The translations under genes were made by a program, and so were the position numbers. A stretch of DNA of 64,000 nt from the human T2T-CHM13v2.0 reference genome, Homo sapiens, in assembly GCF_009914755.1 (NCBI RefSeq), contig NC_060936.1, one strand, 5' to 3'. The notes under the pieces were generated by a model that was not told where the DNA came from, did not search any database, and saw only the letters and a program-made list of their open reading frames with translations. Below are positions 42,168 to 55,651 of this stretch, in pieces (position 1 is the first letter of the stretch; each line of letters begins with the position of its first letter).

Positions 42168-44792
42168 TACTTTTTTAAAAAATTATAAACATAATCAGTT
42201 AAGAAAATAAAATTTTGAGTACCAAGTGTGAGTCCAAACTGATAACTTGAGTCCAAACTCATAGCTCTGACACTGATTTAATGGCAAACCTCCTCTCCAC
42301 CATCTCATTCCTGGTATTGAGAGAAGCCTTCATTGGCATGACACCTAAAGCTGGATTTTCCTCTTTTTCTCCTTATTGTGCTATTTCTCTTCTCTGTCCC
42401 TCTGTAATCTTATTACTCAGTCCAGAGAATGTAGAGAGGGAATGAAGAGAATAGGTAAGGAGAAATAATGTATCATTGGGAACTAGCTTCTCTCTCCCTG
42501 GGATTGATGGTTGCTTAAAGCTGACTCTGTTATGGATTCTTTTGGGGGCACGTTCAAAAGTTCCTGGCTAGTCCCCTCTCTTGTACAGTTTCTTTGACCT
42601 GGGCAAATCTGATTTTTCACAGCTCTTAGGAATTCTGCATCACCCTACTTTCTCTATACTGGTATTTCTCCACCCTTCTAGTCAGCATTGATGGACAATA
42701 CACACTGCTTCTTTCTCACTTGTGTGGCTGACACCTGGTTTATAGGGAATACTGATAATTCCTGATGAATGTCAAAAGTACCCTAATGCAGCCACCTCTC
42801 AGGCTGTCTATACTCTTTGACTTACTCTGCAGAGAATTAGAAGGAAATCACTTCAACTACCTTTCTAAGTTTGAAATGAAGGAGGCAGCCTATCCTATCT
42901 CTTGATGGTTTTCACAGATTGCAAGAGCTCTCATCAAAGAGTTATCAATACACTTTTATTTCCCTACAATCTTCCTATTTTCTGCCTGTTTTGGACTTAG
43001 GGGGCTATTAGTTATAAAAATAATTATCAAATAACTTATTTGAAAATTTCTAAGAGATTATTTTTCCCCTCACATTCAAATTTAACATTTATCATACTAT
43101 TATTCTTTATATTGTTTTGGAAATGTTACATTTATAATAAATATATAACTATAATCACTTACACATAATTAAAACACCTGAAAATAGAGAGTAGGCAACA
43201 GATTGAAGATGTGGTGTTTGGAGTTTCTTCTCGCATATACACTGAAAATTGCTAAAAATACTTAGGAATATTTTGCTGGGTTACTAGGTTTTAGAAATAG
43301 AAGTACAGGGTGACAGGTAAATATCTGACTCAAAAATAGTTTTTTAGATGTGTTAATTGAATTAATACAGTCCCATCACAATGAATATTTTACCTATGCC
43401 AGGTAATCAAAATTAAAATTACATTTAATAATTTTGAAGTTTCACAAGCAGAGTATTTTGGAACTATTTGGGTCCCATTAAGGACTGGGTATTAATTTTT
43501 AAAAAAGACAAAATGAGGAAAAAATAAAATTAAGTTGAATTAAAAGGAGAAAAATTAAATACAATTATGAGAATAGCTGCAGATTATTAATCATAAAACA
43601 TGGAAATTTCCAAATTTTAAAGAATACTTTTGCTTTTGAATAAAATCCCTCAAAAATGTAAAGATTTTTACTGCACTTCCTTAATAATATGGTGATATTT
43701 AAGACTTTTAAATCTAGTGCCATATAGGTATATATTGGCCTGAGGAATTCTGAAGTACAAAACCCTCACAATTAATCTAAGTAATTGTTTTATATTAGAT
43801 AAATATTTGAAGAGTTACACAGAATTTCCCAAGTTACTTTTATGTGTAAAAGTTGTGGCATGACAGTGCATAAAAACCTTCAAATTATTGCTTTAAAATT
43901 CTATGTAATTTTTGGAGTACATTTTTAGAAGCACTATATGCAGAATGTGGATACATGTGCCACAGTGAATTCATAATAAGATTGTTCTTTGGAAATTTTT
44001 CATATTTTTTTTGTTGCTGTTGCACTTGGGAGAATGGACAAATACCTCCCCAGTATGCAGCTACATTGTACTACTCAACCTGTTTGTTTCATCTACTGAA
44101 ATTAAAATCAGTTTCTGATAGCTCTTATATTCCAACTAAAGCATGTTATCGACTTGACTTAGTAACCTTTACTATGCATCTACCTGGCTTATCTCTAAAA
44201 TACGCATCTTTTACATTAATGAGTTGTACAAATTCTTACTGAACACTTTTTATGTTCTTGCTCTGGGGAAAAAAGGTCAATGTAACAACTCTTCTTAATA
44301 GAGTCTTTGTCTAATAATATAAGAAATTGTCTAATACGTCACTAATTATAATAAAGTGGGATAAATATTACAAGAGGGGTAGGCCCCAGCCCTTGGGGCA
44401 CACAAGAGGAGCATGGAATCCCTTCTATTGCTATATATGAATCACATATATGAGAATGTGTTTATGGTAATATGTTCTTACTCTTATGATGACAATTTCC
44501 CTTCAGATACAGACAATTTCCCCTCAAATACTCTTCTGATGACAATTTCCCCTCAGATATATCACCTATAAAGTGAGATGGAACAGTTACATTTTGTTCC
44601 ACAGATAAAGATGTCGATTTGTGAGTTTACTTGGCAATTAGTGTTCTTAAATAAACTTAGAAAAATTCGTTGATCTATAAGATACTTTCAGTACAGTGAA
44701 AATAATGTTACGGTTCAATAGTACCAATTAATAAAAATAAAATTAAATTAAAATGTTGATTTAAATATAAGCAAATATATTTATTTTGAATG

Positions 44793-44798
<6 letters not shown>

Positions 44799-44839
<41 letters not shown>

Positions 44840-44849
44840 TATATATATA
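44799..44849. repeat. Compound (CA)n(TA)n microsatellite
   Basis: Long perfect AC run followed by AT repeats. Confidence 0.95.
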
Positions 44850-44954
44850 GCTTAGAGAGAGAAGGAAGGTGAGAGGCATGTAATTAAAAAACCACCACTT
44901 AAAAATGCAGTATAAAATCGTGCTTATGTGTTGATTCTCTGAATATGTATTCTA

Positions 44955-45054
44955 TGGCTTCAAGTTCTGCCCCTCAAACTTACTAGCTTCGTGCCTCTAC
45001 GGGACTATTTTACATCCTTGTTCTTTAAGTTCTTTTTCTGTAAAATGGAGATAT
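44955..45054 (+). mobile_element. MIR fragment
   Basis: acttactagcttcgtgcctc...tttttctgtaaaatggagata core. Confidence 0.6.
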
Positions 45055-45093
45055 TAGGTTGATCCATATGAAATGGTTATATTTGGCTATTTT
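45054..45093. mobile_element. MADE2-like mariner MITE half
   Basis: ttaggttgatccatatgaaatgg resembles the MADE2 TIR. Confidence 0.45.
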
Positions 45094-45725
45094 TACAGCT
45101 TAATTGAGGTATCATTACAATAAACTACACACACAGTGCACAATTTGATGAGTTTCCATAAATATATATACCTAAGAACCTATTAATATTGCCATAATCA
45201 ATACATGAACATAGTAGTCACCCCAAAATTTTCCTGTGCCCCTTTTTAATCCAAGTTTCCCTACCTCTTAGCTCCAGGAAAGCACTGACTTTCCCTCTGC
45301 CACTACAGATTAGCTTGATTTTACTAGAATTTTTTTTCAATGAGTGAAATAATTATAATATGTGCTCCTTTTGTATAGTTTTTAGCATAGTTATTTTGAG
45401 ACTCATTCATGTTTTTGCATGTATCAAAAATCATTACTGGCTGAGTGCATCAGCTCCCGCCTGTAATCCCAGGACTTTCAAAGGTCAAGGTGGCAGGATT
45501 GCTTGAGGCTGGGAGTTGGAGGCTGCAGTGAGCCATGATTGCACCACTGCATTCCAGCTTGGGAGACAGAATGAGACCTTGTCTCAAAAAGAAGAAAAAC
45601 ATTGTCACTAACTACTATTTCATTGTTTGAACATTCTACAACTAGTTTATTCAACTGTTGATGACTATTTGCTTTTTTTCTATTGTAGGTGATTATGTAC
45701 ATATTTGCCATAAACACTTGTATAC
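45093..45725 (-). mobile_element. Old L1 3' end, split by an Alu monomer
   Basis: acagcttaattgaggtat...gtgcacaatttgatgagttt...ttattttgagactcattcatgtttttgcatgtatcaa. Confidence 0.75.
45439..45599 (+). mobile_element. Alu monomer (FRAM or arm-collapsed AluJ)
   Basis: 160 bp; left-arm-like start and right-arm 3' half gaggctgcagtgagccatgattgcacc; A tail. Confidence 0.85.
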
Positions 45726-45726
45726 A

Positions 45727-46740
45727 GAAAACAATTGAGAAAATCAACGAAATGACCGTTTTAAATAACCTGTAAAATTAGGAAACAGAGAAACAACACA
45801 AATTTCTAATATCAAGAATACAAAGGTGACGTTACTGAAAATCCCATATACACACACACACGCAAACATACACAGACACACAAAATATAAGCAGGGAATA
45901 TTAACACCAAGAAATCTGGTTAATGAAATAAAATGGGAAAATTCCTTGAAAGAAAAAATCTACCGAAACTTATTCAAGAAAAATTAGATATACTGAATAG
46001 TCCCGTATATATTAAATTGCTGACATAGAAAAACTTTCATTAAAAAGAACTTTACACTCCCATGACTTTATAGATGATTATATAAAATGTGTAAGTAATG
46101 CCTATTGATTCTACATAAAACTTCTAGAAAACCAAAGAGAAAAGAATACTGCATATTGCATTTTACGAGACCAGTGTTACTGATATCTAAACTAGATGAA
46201 AATATTACAAAAAAAAAATACTAAGTAAGAACAATATTTTCTCTGGACCCACGCACAAAAGTCCTTAACAAAAAGATTGCATATCAAATCCCACACTATA
46301 TATTAAAAAGATTAATACATTATGACCAAGTAAGGAATATCCCAACATAAGATTATTTCAATATCTAAAAATCAATATATTTTACCGTATTCTCAGACTA
46401 AAGAAGAAAAACTATATGATTGCCTTCACAGCTACATACAAAAATTTAGAAAAATTCAGACTTCTGATAAAAACTCTCAACCTGTTAAAGGACATATCTG
46501 TAAAACACAGCTATCATCACACTTAAGAGTGAAAGACGGATTGTCTTCCCCTTGCCGTCAGGAAAGAGGCACAGATGCCTAATCTAATCACTTCTATTCA
46601 ACATTATGCTACAGATCTTAGATAATGCAGTATGTAAGGACATGAAATGAAAGAAAAATAGTTTGGAAATAAAGAATTAAAACTTTTTATTTGCAGACTA
46701 CATGATTTTCTAATAGTGAATACTAAAGTATCTATAAGTA
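45727..46740 (+). mobile_element. Old L1 ORF2 fragment (RT region)
   Basis: aattgagaaaatcaacgaaa...cacttctattcaacatt...ttatttgcagactacatg (LFADxM). Confidence 0.75.
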
Positions 46741-47186
46741 AGGTATCACTTGACAGTTTTAGAACCACAAAAATTATGTTTTATCTTAACAGTAACAGAA
46801 TCTACTTCAAAGAAAGCATCACCGTAATCAATTGACAAGTTTGAATATGTTCATAAATACAACATTTATCACTGGGTGTTTCAAGGAAGCGATCTGCAAG
46901 TATTAGCTAATAGATTTTTGAAGTAAATGAAATTTTTATGCCCACAAAAGGTGGAAATGGCAACACAATGCAATTTAAAATAGAAAAAGTGATAGAACTG
47001 CTGAGAAGATAAAGAAATATAAGAAATGTAATATTGTGGCAGTTTCTGTTAGCTTTCTTTAGAAAAATAACCTCTGAGAGATGAGTTAAAACTTCGACTC
47101 TGAGTTTTCTAGCAATTGATACTAAAAAAGAAGCTTGTACTGTCATCATCTGTTTATCAATACTCATACCACTTTAAAACATTTTT

Positions 47187-47590
47187 CCTCATAAAAGTGA
47201 GGGTAAAAAAAAAAAAGTGAGGGTAAAATGATGGTTAGCAGAGCCTGGGGGTGGGAAGGGAAGACAGGGAATTAGGAGTTATTAATCAAACAATACAACA
47301 TTTAAGACAGATTGGAAGACTAGGCATTGAGATCTGTTGCACAGCAAGGTGACTATAGTTACAATAATAATGGATTGCATATTTGTACATAACTATGAGA
47401 GTCAGCTGCAGATACCTTATCCTAAAAAAAATGGAAAATAATCAAGGAGATAGATATGTTAAAGTAGCTTGACCTAGTCATTCACCATTGTGTGTGTGTG
47501 TGTCTGTGTATGTGTGTGTGTTTATAGTCAAAACATCAACTTGCAAAACATAAATGTATACAATTGTTTTTTCAGTCAAAATAATATTAA
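47187..47590 (+). mobile_element. L1MA 3'UTR fragment containing a (TG)n tract
   Basis: atgatggttagcagagcctgggg...gagatctgttgcacagcaaggtgactatagtta. Confidence 0.75.
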
Positions 47591-47599
47591 TTATACATT

Positions 47600-47795
47600 T
47601 TAGGGGCATGGCTTAAACAACAGAAACTTTATTTCTCTCAGTTTTGGAGTCTGGAAATTTGAGATCAAGGTGCTGGCAGCGTTGATTCTCCTAAGGCCTC
47701 TCTCCTTGCCTTGTAGACAACTGCCTTCTCTCATTTCTATGTCTTAAACATGTCCTTTTTCTCAGTGGGCAAGCATTCCTAATGTCTTTCATCTC
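47600..47795 (-). mobile_element. MLT1(B-like) LTR fragment
   Basis: ggcttaaacaacagaaactttatttctctcagttttggagtctggaa...ctaaggcctctctccttg. Confidence 0.75.
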
Positions 47796-48031
47796 TTTTT
47801 TACATTTTAATTTATATCTGATTCAGGAGGTGCATATACTAGTTTTTATGGGTACATAGCATACCGGTAGAAATAAAGCTTCCAGTGTACCCAATACCCA
47901 AATAGTGAACACTGTACACAGCAGGTACAATTTTTCAGCTCTCATCAACCTCCCACCACACTCCCTTCTCTGGAGTCCCCAGTGTCTAGTATTTCCATCT
48001 TTATGACCATGTGAACCCATTGTTTAGATAC
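47796..48031 (-). mobile_element. L1PB-type 3' end
   Basis: gcttccagtgtacccaatacccaaatagtgaacactgtac...ggagtccccagtgtct. Confidence 0.8.
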
Positions 48032-48651
48032 AAACGTATATATAATTTTTTTAAGAATAAAAGTGCTCATGAGAAGCACAACCAATTTTGTTTCTGTGAC
48101 CAAATATAATATTTCTGGACTCTCAAGTTAAGGACACAGTGTAACTTGGTGAACACAACCCAAACTATCTTTTATAATAAATGAAGTGATAAGCTTTTAA
48201 TGTTTTTTATAATACCAATGATATAATAATATTAGGTGAAATTTAACCTAAACCCTTCAAGATTTCTTTGTAAAACCCATGTTCAAATATGCTGGTAAAA
48301 TTCTTGCAAAAGGAGTGATACCTGGAAGGTCACTGTCAATGGCTGAATGTTCACAGGGGTAGTAATATGTTATATTGCTGAGCCAATCATAAATGGACAC
48401 CTAGTATTCATCTTTGAAGCAAACCTCTTTTAGGGTCAAAACATGGTCAGGTAATGGATTCTGTGTAAGGACACATTGATGAATAACTGCACTGGGTATT
48501 TACAGATAGATTTTTTGTAATGGTGATTAGTAGAAACCACAAATTCTGTAACAATATGTCAACTGGTTTTTAATGCAGACATTGAAGCAAGCAACATAGA
48601 CACACTGAAGAGCTTAACAAGTTTATGTGCTTAAAAAAAAAAAATCACAGG

Positions 48652-48981
<330 letters not shown>

Positions 48982-49219
48982 CTAATTTAGGTAAAAAGGT
49001 GGTATCATAAAAATCACACAGTTTTAGAAAATTGTTCAATACTGTGTAGAGTCACTAAAGGCACTTAGGAAGGCAGATTCAAAGATATGAAGACATATAT
49101 TCTTAAAATAGTGCATTCTTTCATAACCTAAATGTGCTTATTTTAGATATAAGAAAGAAAAATATTAACAACAACGAAACAAAATTGATCATCTACTACA
49201 TGCTAGGAATTATGCACTG

Positions 49220-49560
49220 AAGGCCCTGACTTCATCACAATGCAATATAACAATGTAGCAAAATTGCTCTTGTACCCCGTGAATATAAGTACATAAATAA
49301 ATAAATAATCTCATAACAGGTCTATGAAGGCATAGTGTGGAAAAGGCAGTACTAACATTGTGGTTTAACAAAAAAAAGAGAGAGATTCATATTTCAGTTC
49401 TGTGTCACTAGAGGCAAAAGTTGGGTTTTCTGCCCCCAAGACTTTTTCTGTAAAACAGGAATAATAATATGTACTATTTAAGTTGTTGTAAGAATTTGGA
49501 ATGACACATATGACAAATACCAGACATAACCCCAGTAAATATGGCTGATTGATGCTAATA
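49220..49560 (+). mobile_element. Short L1 3' tip (49220-49310) followed by a MIR fragment
   Basis: cctgacttcatcacaatgcaatata...tgtaccccgtgaat with (taaa)n tail; tctgtaaaacaggaataataat...gttgttgtaagaatt. Confidence 0.6.
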
Positions 49561-50049
49561 TAGTGATTTTATATTTTTTCAATATGATTCAATTTGGTAA
49601 TGTAATTGATAGCAATTTTATAGTTTTTATATAAAGCAAAAGCAGGCATCTTATAGAGTTCTAATATCAACTAGATTTCTACCTGACATAGACTTATCTT
49701 AAATAACCAATTTCCAAACTTACTCTGGGAGGACACCTCTTCTGTCAATTGATAAAATTAAATATTCCACAGGATGTGAATATAGAGGGAACACAGGATT
49801 CTGTATGTGTACGTATTGCATCCAAATAAATAAATTAATTGTAATGTCAACAAATAAAAATGATGGTGCCTTGCACGAGGCAAATAGCAGTGGACATAGT
49901 AAGAAGGAATTGGTGCTTTAGTTTTCTAGACATAAGCTAAAGGATATGCTGACTCAGTACGTGCCAGTTGAAACCAAAAGACTGTAGTTGATCATGTTAC
50001 TAAAGTTTTTACTTGGAGATGAGGTTTTTCAGAATTGAGAAAAGTAAAG

Positions 50050-50480
50050 TTTTGTATAAAGTAGGTTTGAGGATGGAAGAGCAGTAGTTCAGTTCAGGCC
50101 ATGTTGAGTTTATGTCAAGTAGAAAATTGGATAAGTTTGGAAATGTGTAGTTGGCAATTGGATAAATTAATCTTCTTAGAACTCAGAGGAGAATTCTGAC
50201 TAAAGACATAAACTTGAAATGTGTATCAATATACATAATAGTAGCAAAAAATAAAGGCATGTGAGTGATTGAGCTCATCAAATAAATGGGCATAAATATA
50301 GAAGAGAACTCAAGAGGGGAGACCTGAAAAATTACAGTATTAAGATGTAAACAGAAAATATCAAAGGAGACTGAGAAGAAGCCTTCAGAGCAGGTGGATA
50401 ATCAGAAGAGAAATAAGGTGTACTGTAGCCAAGTGAACAAAATGTTTCCAAGAGAAGATAGTGATCAACTATGTACAGTT
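50050..50480 (-). mobile_element. L2 fragment
   Basis: agttcagttcaggccatgttgagttt...caaaggagactgagaag...gtgatcaactatgt. Confidence 0.75.
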
Positions 50481-50569
50481 ACCTAAATGAAATGCTAAAT
50501 TTTGTAACCAACTTTTTCCAAAAATAAAATATAACCATGTTCTCAATTAATTTAAAAATCTCTTTGGAG

Positions 50570-52690
50570 AGTCAAAGGCAATGCACAGGTTTTAGGCAAT
50601 GGAACACTACATAATTTAGTCTAAATATCCACTGTCAGAATGTACAACATATATGCTTAAAGGCACCAGATACCTAAGAAGATAGTGGAAAAATATAAGC
50701 CAGATCTGGAGAAAATGGAAGTTAAATGAGATGAGACCAACATTTGATGCCTTCTTTGCCCCAGTTTTTAAAATCATTTTTTTAAAGGTGAGGGTTGAGT
50801 TCAGTAGGCTAAAAAGCTAAACTGAACTTTTAACACATGTGTGAAGCTAAGGAAGCAGGTATTGGTGTCAAGGACACAAGGAGGAACCCTGGTGAACCCC
50901 ATCTGCTTTGGGTTGGGACCATAAATAATCTCAATTTCTAAAATTGGATTAAGTGATTGCAGATTTAAAGTGGCCCAGATACCTGGCAAAAACAAAGTTC
51001 CTTAAGAATTAAAATTATAATTCAAATTATTTCTAACATTTTACAAATAATATTTGGGACTCAATCAAAACCAACCAGCCAGAATAGGAGAAAAAAACGA
51101 TATGACCAAAAGAAAAAGAAAATTACAGGTAATGAAAACAGATTCATAGTAGCTTTAGATAATGTAATTATGAGACTCAGATTTAAACTATCATTAAAAT
51201 ACAAAAGTTTTAAACAGTTGACAGAAAACCAGTTGCTTTCATAGCTGAAATACATAATAACTGAAATTAAAAACCCATTGAATAGATATAATAGCCTATT
51301 ATCCACTACCAAAGAGATAACATGGGGGCTGAGGTGGGAAGAAGGGAGGGAGACAAGAGAGAGAGCATGTGCTCAAGAGTAAGCATGCATCTAAAGAATA
51401 TTGAAGAGTAGCTAATTCAAATCAAAGAAAGTGGAAAAAATTAGATAATGGAAAAATACAAATGAATAAAAGAAGACAATACAATAATCAAAATAAAAAT
51501 AAAATCCTAAAGACTTTCTTGGAAATTTTAATAAAATTAATAAATATTTGGCAAGTTTCCTCAAGAAAATAAACAACCAGCCAATATCAGAAATGAAAAA
51601 AATATATAATTAAATATCATACAAATATGAGAATATCATAAAAAAATTTATTGAACTCTAGATTAAATGAATCAATTTCAAGAAAGCATAACTTACACAA
51701 CCTTAATGATGAAGAAATAAAAAATCTGAATTGCTATATAAATAAGTGAAATATCTATATTTTTAATATCACTAATTATAATTTAGGCCCAGATAATTTT
51801 ATTAATGAAATCTAAATATTTCAGGAAAAAGTTAAGCAAATCTTATGTAAGTCCTTTCATACATATTTAACTTTATGAAACCTAATTTTGACAACGAAAA
51901 GACAAGAATATTAAGAAAGAAAAAATATAGGCTAAACTTACTGATGAACATAGAATTTAAAATGGTAAGAAAATAGTAACAAACCCAACTAAAGAATATT
52001 TGAAAAGGATTAGACATAGCAATCAAGATTGGTTTTCTTCTAGAAATGCAATCTGGCTTTTAAATCTGGCTTTCAAATTTAGATATCAATATAATTCACC
52101 ATATTAGCAGGATAAAAAAAATCTACACATTTTTCTTGTCAGAAAAAAAGATAGCTAAAGTAACTATGCAATTAAAATTCTTCTTAACATTTTTAGCAAA
52201 TGAAAAAATAGAAAAAAATTAAGGTGTTGAATTTTCTATAACACAAACTACATTAAAAGTCATACAAGATGGTGAAATATTGAAAGTTTTCTCTTTATTA
52301 TCAAAAATAAGGCAAGATGCTTACAATCACTTCTATTATTGTACCGGAGGTATTAGAGTGATATAAAAGAAAACTAATTAAAATGTAAATACTAGACAAG
52401 ATGCAGCAAAAATTTCACTTTTTCCAGAAGATATAATTTTTAACTAGCATATCTAAATAAATACAAAGATAAATAAAATGCTTTATAAGCTTGATAGATG
52501 CGAGGTCAAAATATAAAAACAAACTGACCAGTGAAAAACAATAATATATAAACAATTTTTTAAATTATTCAAAAATAACAAATATTTAGGGATAGATTTC
52601 ATTTCAATTATTAATACCTTCAAAAAGAAAAATATAAAACATTTTTCAGGACAAACTCAAAAATGGAGGAATATATCCTGTCCACTGGGA
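50570..52690 (+). mobile_element. Very old L1 (L1ME-like), 5' region plus ORF1/ORF2 remnants
   Basis: acctggcaaaaacaaa; aactgaaattaaaaacccattgaatagat; tatcaatataattcaccatattagcag. Confidence 0.65.
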
Positions 52691-53035
52691 GGATATATAT
52701 ACTGAAAGATTTATTTGAAGAAAGTGACTCCCATGTTCGTGAGAGGTGACAAGTTTGTAAGGCAGGCTGGCAGCTTGGAAACCCATACAGGAATTGATTT
52801 GCAACCTGGGGGCAGCACTTCTTCCTTCGGAAAGCTCAGCTTTTCCTTTTAAGGTCTTTGGACTGATTGTTAGCGGCCTGTCAACAATATTAAAGGGTAG
52901 TTTCTTTTATTTAAACTGAATTGATTGTAATTGATAACATCATTTACAAAATACCTTCACAGCAACACGTAGGTTAGTTTTTGATTAAATTACCGGGAAA
53001 ATAGAGTAGCCAAATTGACATAAGTAACCACTACA
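52690..53035 (-). mobile_element. MLT2-type ERVL LTR
   Basis: ggcaggctggcagcttggaaacc...tacaaaataccttcacagcaacac...gccaaattgacata...aaccactaca. Confidence 0.8.
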
Positions 53036-55651
53036 GTAGAACAACACCCAAAGTAAGTATCACCATTAACATTTACATATGAGAAAACTGAGAATCATTT
53101 TTTTTATGTGAAATGTTCAATTTCACTATACTTACAGGTGGCTGAGCTAGAATTTTCCAGAAACTCAGGTCTAGAAGGCTTACAAATTCAAAGTCTTAAC
53201 CAGTGTATTATAAAACCAAGAACATAAAACTATTTTTAAAACTAAATTTGAAACAAATGGGTATTTCTTCCACTTCCTCTTCCCACATGTAGGTTGAGTA
53301 ACAGAATTGGACAGTTAGAATTCTACTTTGGGGAACTTACTTTTCTGGTCAACAAGCAGGTAGAAGAAATGATTCCGGATGAAAATGTAAACATGTTTTA
53401 TAAATACTAAATGCCCAAATGAACCTTTATTTCCTAAAATAAATGAGATCACTGATATAGTGCTATTAACATTTTTTTCTTTTAAAATAGGGAATATAAA
53501 AATTTGATCTAAATTTTTTTGATAGCTGCTTAATATTTATTGGTAAGCACTGCATTTTACGCTGTTAAATGTCAAGTCATTTGGAGATATAACGAGATGT
53601 GAGATGACAAAAAGGCATTTTATTTTATTGGTAAAAAGGGTTGAAATGCACATGTTTAATATGCTGTTCACAAAGTAAACAGATCCCTTGGATTCATTTC
53701 AGCTTTTCAAATAAAATATTGCATTATTAGTTTGTAGTTAGTAAGGTCAATCAGTACCTGCCTTTGCAAAGTGTTTTATTCTTAGCATCAAAGAAGATAC
53801 TAACAAAAGAACCTGCTTGTCAATTTCATTCATATTCAAGTTGTCTAAATTATAAAAATTTTGTCTTAAAAGACTTCATATTTTCTAACTGCTCAATTAC
53901 ATTACTTCTCAATCAATCTGTCAAATTTATATTATCTCAATCACGCATTTTTTCACTTTGGTTCATTATTTGGCACTCCTTCTCAAACATGACTGAAGAA
54001 TAAAGAACAAAAACGAAAACAAATATTTTACTTCAAATTATTTAAATAGTAAGGTACATTACTTAAGCTTTGTATTACCTGAGAGAGTACTTAAATTTCT
54101 CTTGACAATATTATGAAACATAGAGGTTAATTGAACAATTACCTGTGAAGTAAATTCTGGGTGAAGTAAATTCTTAATGTTATATACAAAGCCAATAAAA
54201 CGTCTTTAAGTATCCTTCTAAAAATATTTTATTAAAGAAATGATGTATTTCTATACTATTTATTATAAGTATCATAATGTCTTTCTATACCATTTATCAT
54301 ACTATATATACAGAATATCATAAATATTACATGAAAAAGGATGATGATTAGGAAACCAATGCAAAGGGAATAAGTCAAATTTCATCCAGGAGCATCATTT
54401 CTTCTTAATCTATATCTGGCTCCTTTCATAACCCGCTCTAGCTGTCATTGAGGAAAATCCATGAGATTAAATTAAGAAGAGCAAAGACATCAAAGAAAAA
54501 AAAAGCAGCTTGAAGTTTGATCAAAACTTATGCTAATTCTTTGCTGGCACTTAATAAATATATATTTTAAAGTTCTATTAAGCACATGCTTTTTTTCTTG
54601 AATTCTGCATGTAACATCTGAAGAAAGTAGGAGTACATAAAGATATATTGGCAAATTATGATATATAACAAATAAAGAAGAAATCTGATTTTTAAAAATA
54701 AACTGATCAAATGAAAATTGTTTTTAAATCCCTAAGAATAACTTTGGTTAAAGTGGAAAATGCAGAGTGAAAACTACCATAATAATACATCTGCCTGCTT
54801 AGACATTTTGTGTGTATGGAAACAAACTTTAATAGCTGAAAAGCTACTAAATTAAATAATGTTATTTTTTGGAAAGAGAAATTAAAATAAATGAGACAAT
54901 GAATTGGAAAATATAGATCATCAGGCTTTAAGTAAAGTCATGTAATGCTTTAACATATCGTACAAATTTAATCAGGAACCATCTATTTATTTACCATTAA
55001 ATATCTCTCAAATTTAGCCCCTCTTCAAATACTGCATGTCTTATTTAAACACTTAGAGCATCTTGTCACAACTGTGATCTACCTACCTGGCCCTTACTTC
55101 TGATATTTTGCCTGTCACATCTCTGCTTCACACTGCTTGCCAGAGGACTTGTATAAAACAGAAACTTTAATACCAAGCTCTTTGGTTTGTATAGTTGGTT
55201 GGGTTTTTTACATCTAAAGGATAAAATACTGTATTTTATCAGCCTCCAGTGCTGAGCAAGATGCTATAATTGAGAATTACCAGATGCATTTGTATGTGCA
55301 CGCTTTCTTTTTCTTTAGACATACATTTTGACATCAACTTTAATAATGCTTAAGATAGTACGTCAATTTTGACGTAGCAAGGTGTATGTGTTCTCACAGA
55401 TTCTTGATTTTGCAAAGGTTATTTTCAGTGTTTGAAATGCCTTTTTTGCCTTATCAACTTGAAATCTTTGATGGTTCATATCTCCAAATTTTGAGTCTTC
55501 CTATATTTTTTCCAATCTCTAATTCTTTTTGTAACTGGGGATCTTGGTTTTAGAAGTCATCTACTATTTTCTTCCTTCCCTTGCCTCTCACTTCTTTTAT
55601 CCTTCGTTGTCGAGACACTCCCCTCTGGCAATTGCATTCTTATTTACTTAT

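Noticed and set aside
42280-43010. Possible ancient LTR-like sequence
   Set aside because: Composition is suggestive but I could not identify termini or a family
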